Shown here piece by piece: positions 59,806 through 64,000 of a DNA stretch of 64,000 nucleotides. Below the pieces are notes generated by a model, which had not been told where the DNA came from, did not search any database, and saw only the letters and a list, made by a program, of their open reading frames with translations. The position numbers were made by a program, and so were the translations under genes. The stretch is from Eutreptiella sp. 'Long Island Sound 2002' (lineage: Eukaryota > Protista > Euglenida), in NCBI GenBank assembly GCA_964036045.1, contig OZ038378.1:164114001-164178000 (forward strand), in the 5' to 3' direction. Each line of letters opens with the position of its first letter. Position 1 is the stretch's first letter.

Positions 59806-62241
59806 AATCACCTCGCAGAGGTTGTTAGATCAAAGCCAGGCAGGCGTATATATGGGGAAAACGCCACATACCCCCCATTTTGGCCCTATTCGCGTACCCT
59901 ACCCCAAGGGGTTGAATTGTTAGTTTAACCCCTTGTAAAATCATTATTTTGTCCAATAAACGCATCCCCCAATGAGTTTTTGGTCCGGACCCCCCCAGAC
60001 CCCCCCCACTTGAAACCCACTTTTTAGGGGTGGGGGTGGGGGGGTGGGGGGGGGGTCAAAAAATGACCCCCCCTTTTTTTGGGTCGAAAATCATGAATCA
60101 CCTCGCAGAGGTTGTTAGATCAAAGCCAGGCAGGCGTATATAGGGGAAAACGCCACACACACCCCCATTTTGGCCATTTTGGGGCTATTCGCGTACCCTA
60201 CCCCAAGGGGTTGAATTGTTAGTTTAACCCCTTGTAAAATCATTATTTTGTCCAATAATCGCATCCCCCAATGAGTTTTTGGTCCAGACCCCCCCAGACC
60301 CCCCCCACTTGAAACCCACTTTTTTCAGGTTTTGAGGGAGGGGGGGGGGTGGGGGGGGGGTCAAAAAATGACCCCCCCCCTTTTTGGGTCGAAAATCATG
60401 AATCTTTTGGTTTTTTTCGATTTTGAGCCGAAAAAGTTTTTCCGGGTCCCGACTCCATAGGGTTTGTATGGGGCGGAGTGGGACGAGCGCTAATGCAGTT
60501 TATGCACTTTTCAGCCATTTTTGCTATGTTCGTCGACCTCGGTGACCCCGTGGTACCTACTCTGAGGGGTGCAAGTGGGGATGTTGTGACAGTATATGCC
60601 TACTAGGATACGGAAGGACGTTTTTTGCAGTCTCTAGCCTTGCCTGGGGCCGTCCACAACCCGTGCCAAAGACGCGAAATGACTGTTTCCACCAATAATG
60701 GCCTAGTGAATGGGGAGGTACACAACCTGCTTATGCAGTTTTTCACCCCGGGCAGCTCAAAAATCGAAGTTTTCGAAACTTGTTTTTTTGATATTGTGAC
60801 TACCCAAAATGACATTTCAAGCCATGCAAAGCATGTTTTAGGCCGTATTTACGTGTTTTTCACCCTATTTGGGTGTTAGGTCCGGGGGGGGGTGGGGGGC
60901 TCCCAAGGGACGGGTGCACAACCTGCTTATGCAGTTTTTCAACCCGGATAGCTCAAAAATCGAAGTTTTCGAAACTTGTTTTTTTGATATTGTGACCACC
61001 CAAAATGACCATCCAAGCTATGGAAAGCATGTTTTAGGCCGTATTTACGTGTTTTTCACCCGATTTGGGTATTAGGTCCAAGGGGGGGGGGTCTCCCAAG
61101 GGATTGGTACACAACCTGCTTATGCAGTTTGTCACCCTAGGCAGCTCAAAAATCGAAGTTTTTGAAACTTGTTTTTTTGATACCGTGATCACCTAAAATG
61201 ATCATCCAAGGTATGTAAAGCATGTTTTAGCCGGCATTTATGTAGTTTCCACCCTATTTTGGGTGTGTGTTGCTCGCGGTAGATTCTCTGCGAGGTGGAC
61301 TTGCCGAAGGCAATAGAATCTTTTGGTTTTTTTGGATTTTGAGCCGAAAAAGTGTTTCCGGGTCCCGACTCCATAGGGTTTGTATGGGGCGGAGTGGGAC
61401 GAGCGCTTACGCAGTTTATGCCCTTTTCAGCCATTTTTGGTATGTTGGTGGTTTTGGCAACCTCGGTGAACCTGTGGTACCCACCCTGAGGGGTGCGAGT
61501 GGGGATGTTGTGACAGTATATGCCTACTAGGATACGAAAGGACGTTTTTTGCAGTGTCTAGCCTTGCTTATGGCCGTTCACAACCCGTGCCAAAGACGCG
61601 AAATGACTGTTTCCACCAATAATGGCCTAGTGAATGGGGAGGTACACAACCTGCTTGTGCAGTTTTTCACCCCAGGGAGCTCAAAAATCGAAGTTTTCGA
61701 AACTTGTTTTTTTGATATTGTGACCACCCAAAATGACCATCCAAGCTATGGAAGGCATGTTTTAGGCCGTATTTACGTGTTTTTCACCCTATTTGGGTAT
61801 CACGTCGGGGGGGGGGGGGGTCTCCCAAGGGACGGGTGCACAACCTGCTTATGCAGTTTTTCACCCCGGACAGCTCAAAAATGGAAGTTTTTGAAACTTG
61901 TTTTTGTGATATTGTGATCACCTAAAATGACCATCCAAGGTATGTAAAGCATGTTTTAGGCCGTATTTACGTGTTTTTAACCCGATTTGGGTATTAGGTC
62001 CAAGGGGGGGGGGTCTCCCAAGGGATTGGTACACAACCTGCTTATGCAGTTTGTCACCCTAGGCAGCTCAAAAATCGAAGTTTTCGAAACTTGTTTTTTT
62101 GATACCGTGATCACCTAAAATGATCATCCAAGGTATGTAAAGCATGTTTTAGCCGGTATTTATGTAGTTTCCACCCTATTTTGGGTGTGTGTTGCTCGCG
62201 GTAGATTCTCTGCGAGGTGGACTTGCCGAAGGCAATAGAAT
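59806..62241. repeat. AT-rich insertion with nested tandem duplications (2 x about 291 bp, 2 x about 920 bp, about 195-bp subunits)
   Basis: AATCACCTCGCAGAGG at 59806 and 60097; AATCTTTTGG block at 60401 and 61317; ACAACCTGCTT subunits at about 60722, 60919, 61091, 61647, 61841 and 62032. Confidence 0.85.
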
Positions 62242-63228
62242 TTCCACATCCACTATACCGGCCTTCACCACAATAAAGGTGGTAACATTCACGACTGGAC
62301 ACTTCCAACCCAAATGAGTCTCCAAGTGGGGTATGAGGACCTCCCTTGCGAAACTGTACATTGCACCCCCCTCCGGTGGAGTCATTGTGCGGCGGGTGTC
62401 ACTGTCCCCTGCACGAGTCTCGGCGGGCCAATCCTCATTAAAAATATTGAGCCCCGCATCTGCCCTAAGTTCCCCATACTCATCCTGAAGCTTGTCCATC
62501 CAACTGACAGAAATGAAGCCAGATTGGAAAGCATGGCCCCATGGCTTGAAATCCTTGAGGTCGTCGACATGACGATGATCGACGACGTCAACGGGGATGG
62601 AGACACGATGGTGTTCAACACCAAAAAGGGGGGTGGTGGTGAGGGGGAAGAAAAGGGAGGGGTGCATCCCAGTACCCTTGTACCAGGTGGGGAGGGTGTG
62701 GCCCTCCAAATCGGCATGCCAGGACCATGGCGATTGGGAGTGGAGGGAGTAGAGGGGGGCGGTGTCCTCCCAATGCCCCCGCTGCACTTGCTGGGCCTTG
62801 CACTCCCATTTGCGCCAGCCAGCGGCCACGTCCCCCGAGACATGAATCCCCGGAGAGCCATCCTGCATCTCCCATTCCCTCAAATACAAACTCATCCCCC
62901 TATTGGGCCCCCCACAGCTTTTTTTAACATGCTCCACGACAGCGCGGGCATCCGAATCATGGAGCTGCAACACAATAGCTTGCAGATTGGGGTTGTTGTC
63001 AAACAACGACAACACAGGGTCAGTGAGGCTGTGGGGTTGGGCAACGCCGGGGTGCGTTAGCTTCACCAGGGCCACAGGGGTGTCCAAGGTGGACCAAGCA
63101 CAATTCTCAAGAGAAGGCCAAGACACGGTGCGTGTGCTGTCGGGGCTGTAAACACCTCTGTGCACTGTGCGGAGAGCTACGGCATCGGCCCACTTCTTCA
63201 ACAAGGCATGAGTGCCCGCATCAGTCAT
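62242..63228 (-). CDS. Unknown TE-associated protein (at least 329 aa), 3' end cut by the repeat insertion
   Basis: ctcccag|gccctctttttctgccaccATG start; open frame; VLSLFDNNPNLQAIVLQLHDSDARAVVEHV is homologous to the 57368 ORF. Confidence 0.7.
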
Positions 63229-63454
63229 GGTGGCAGAAAAAGAGGGCCTGGGAGAGCAAGAAGCAACATAATATGGATTGGAATGGACACATATGGAGAC
63301 ATACATTGCAATCTTGAGTGAAGTATGAGCCTAGATTGGTTTCAAGTGGTGTGCAATTGTTGGGCAAAGGCAAAGCATGCAACAAGATGGGCACAAAAGG
63401 CACAACAATGGAATTTTTCAACTTGAAACAACCACATGGTGCAAACAAATACCC

Positions 63455-63575
63455 CCAGTATACGGCCGTATACTCTAAGTATACGGCCGTATACTCCAGA
63501 GTATACGGCCGTATACTCCAGAGTATACGGCCGTATACTGAGGTATTGGAGCCTTGAGTATACAGCCGTATACCC
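63455..63575. repeat. GTATACGGCCGTATAC palindrome array (right), upstream of the 63228 ORF
   Basis: Four near-tandem palindromes with 5-7-bp spacers plus one variant copy. Confidence 0.9.
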
Positions 63576-64000
63576 CAAGAGCCCAAAATGGGGTAGTTTC
63601 AAACACAACATTGACCATCACAATTGGCAAACTAGAGGTATTCCCCAACCCACCTATGCATGCATTGTGCATTATACATTCGTACCCACCTGTACATGCC
63701 ACATACCCCTTTCTCCCAAAACCCCCTTTTTTACCCGTATACTCCCAGGTATTCCTGGTATGCCAGGTTATGCTCACCATACTAAGCAATTGGTTGTCTG
63801 CTTCTTTACACTCCCATGTGGTCGCCTGCATGCATTCATGCCATGTCTGTATACACTTAAGGGTGACGAGCCAGCCATGCGGCACACGCAGTGAGGCACG
63901 TGGCGCAAATGGATTGCCAGGTAGCCTTGAGTGGGGCACCTCATGAACTCTTGTGCCCCATATGTGCATGCCCCATGGCGTGCGTTAGTGGGTCCCCAAG

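Noticed and set aside
50398-63575. CRISPR-like appearance of the palindromic motif arrays
   Set aside because: No constant-length unique spacers, repeats of only 9-16 bp, no cas genes, eukaryotic context.

Overview
Eukaryotic genomic DNA with GC-rich exons, GT-AG introns, many microsatellites and poly-G/C runs. A euglenozoan or algal protist is my inference; it cannot be proven from the window. Left half (1.1-31.4 kb): 11 phase-consistent exons of one minus-strand gene, 9291 nt or about 3096 aa and lacking its 5' end. It encodes about 11 tandem, catalytically degenerate class III nucleotidyl-cyclase-like domains, and its introns are filled with small dispersed repeats and a decayed pogo-like transposase. 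Right half (33-64 kb): a nest of mobile elements, all coding on the minus strand. It holds three Penelope-like retroelements with the GIY-YIG endonuclease upstream of the RT (both visible RTs read YRDN instead of YxDD), a gag-like plus tyrosine-recombinase relic and a FAR1/MULE transposase relic. The highlight is a 7.5-kb TIR transposon (50208-57753; 36-bp TIRs TGGG...CCCA; 2-bp TSD whose removal restores the host ORF). It encodes a Transib/RAG1-core-like transposase, two different 2OG-Fe(II) dioxygenases (one TET/JBP-like) and an unknown protein, and each cassette is preceded by an array of a palindromic CGCGATAAC motif. A homolog of that unknown protein lies at 62.2-63.2 kb next to a different palindrome array. 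All family assignments come from motif recognition by eye; no searches were run.
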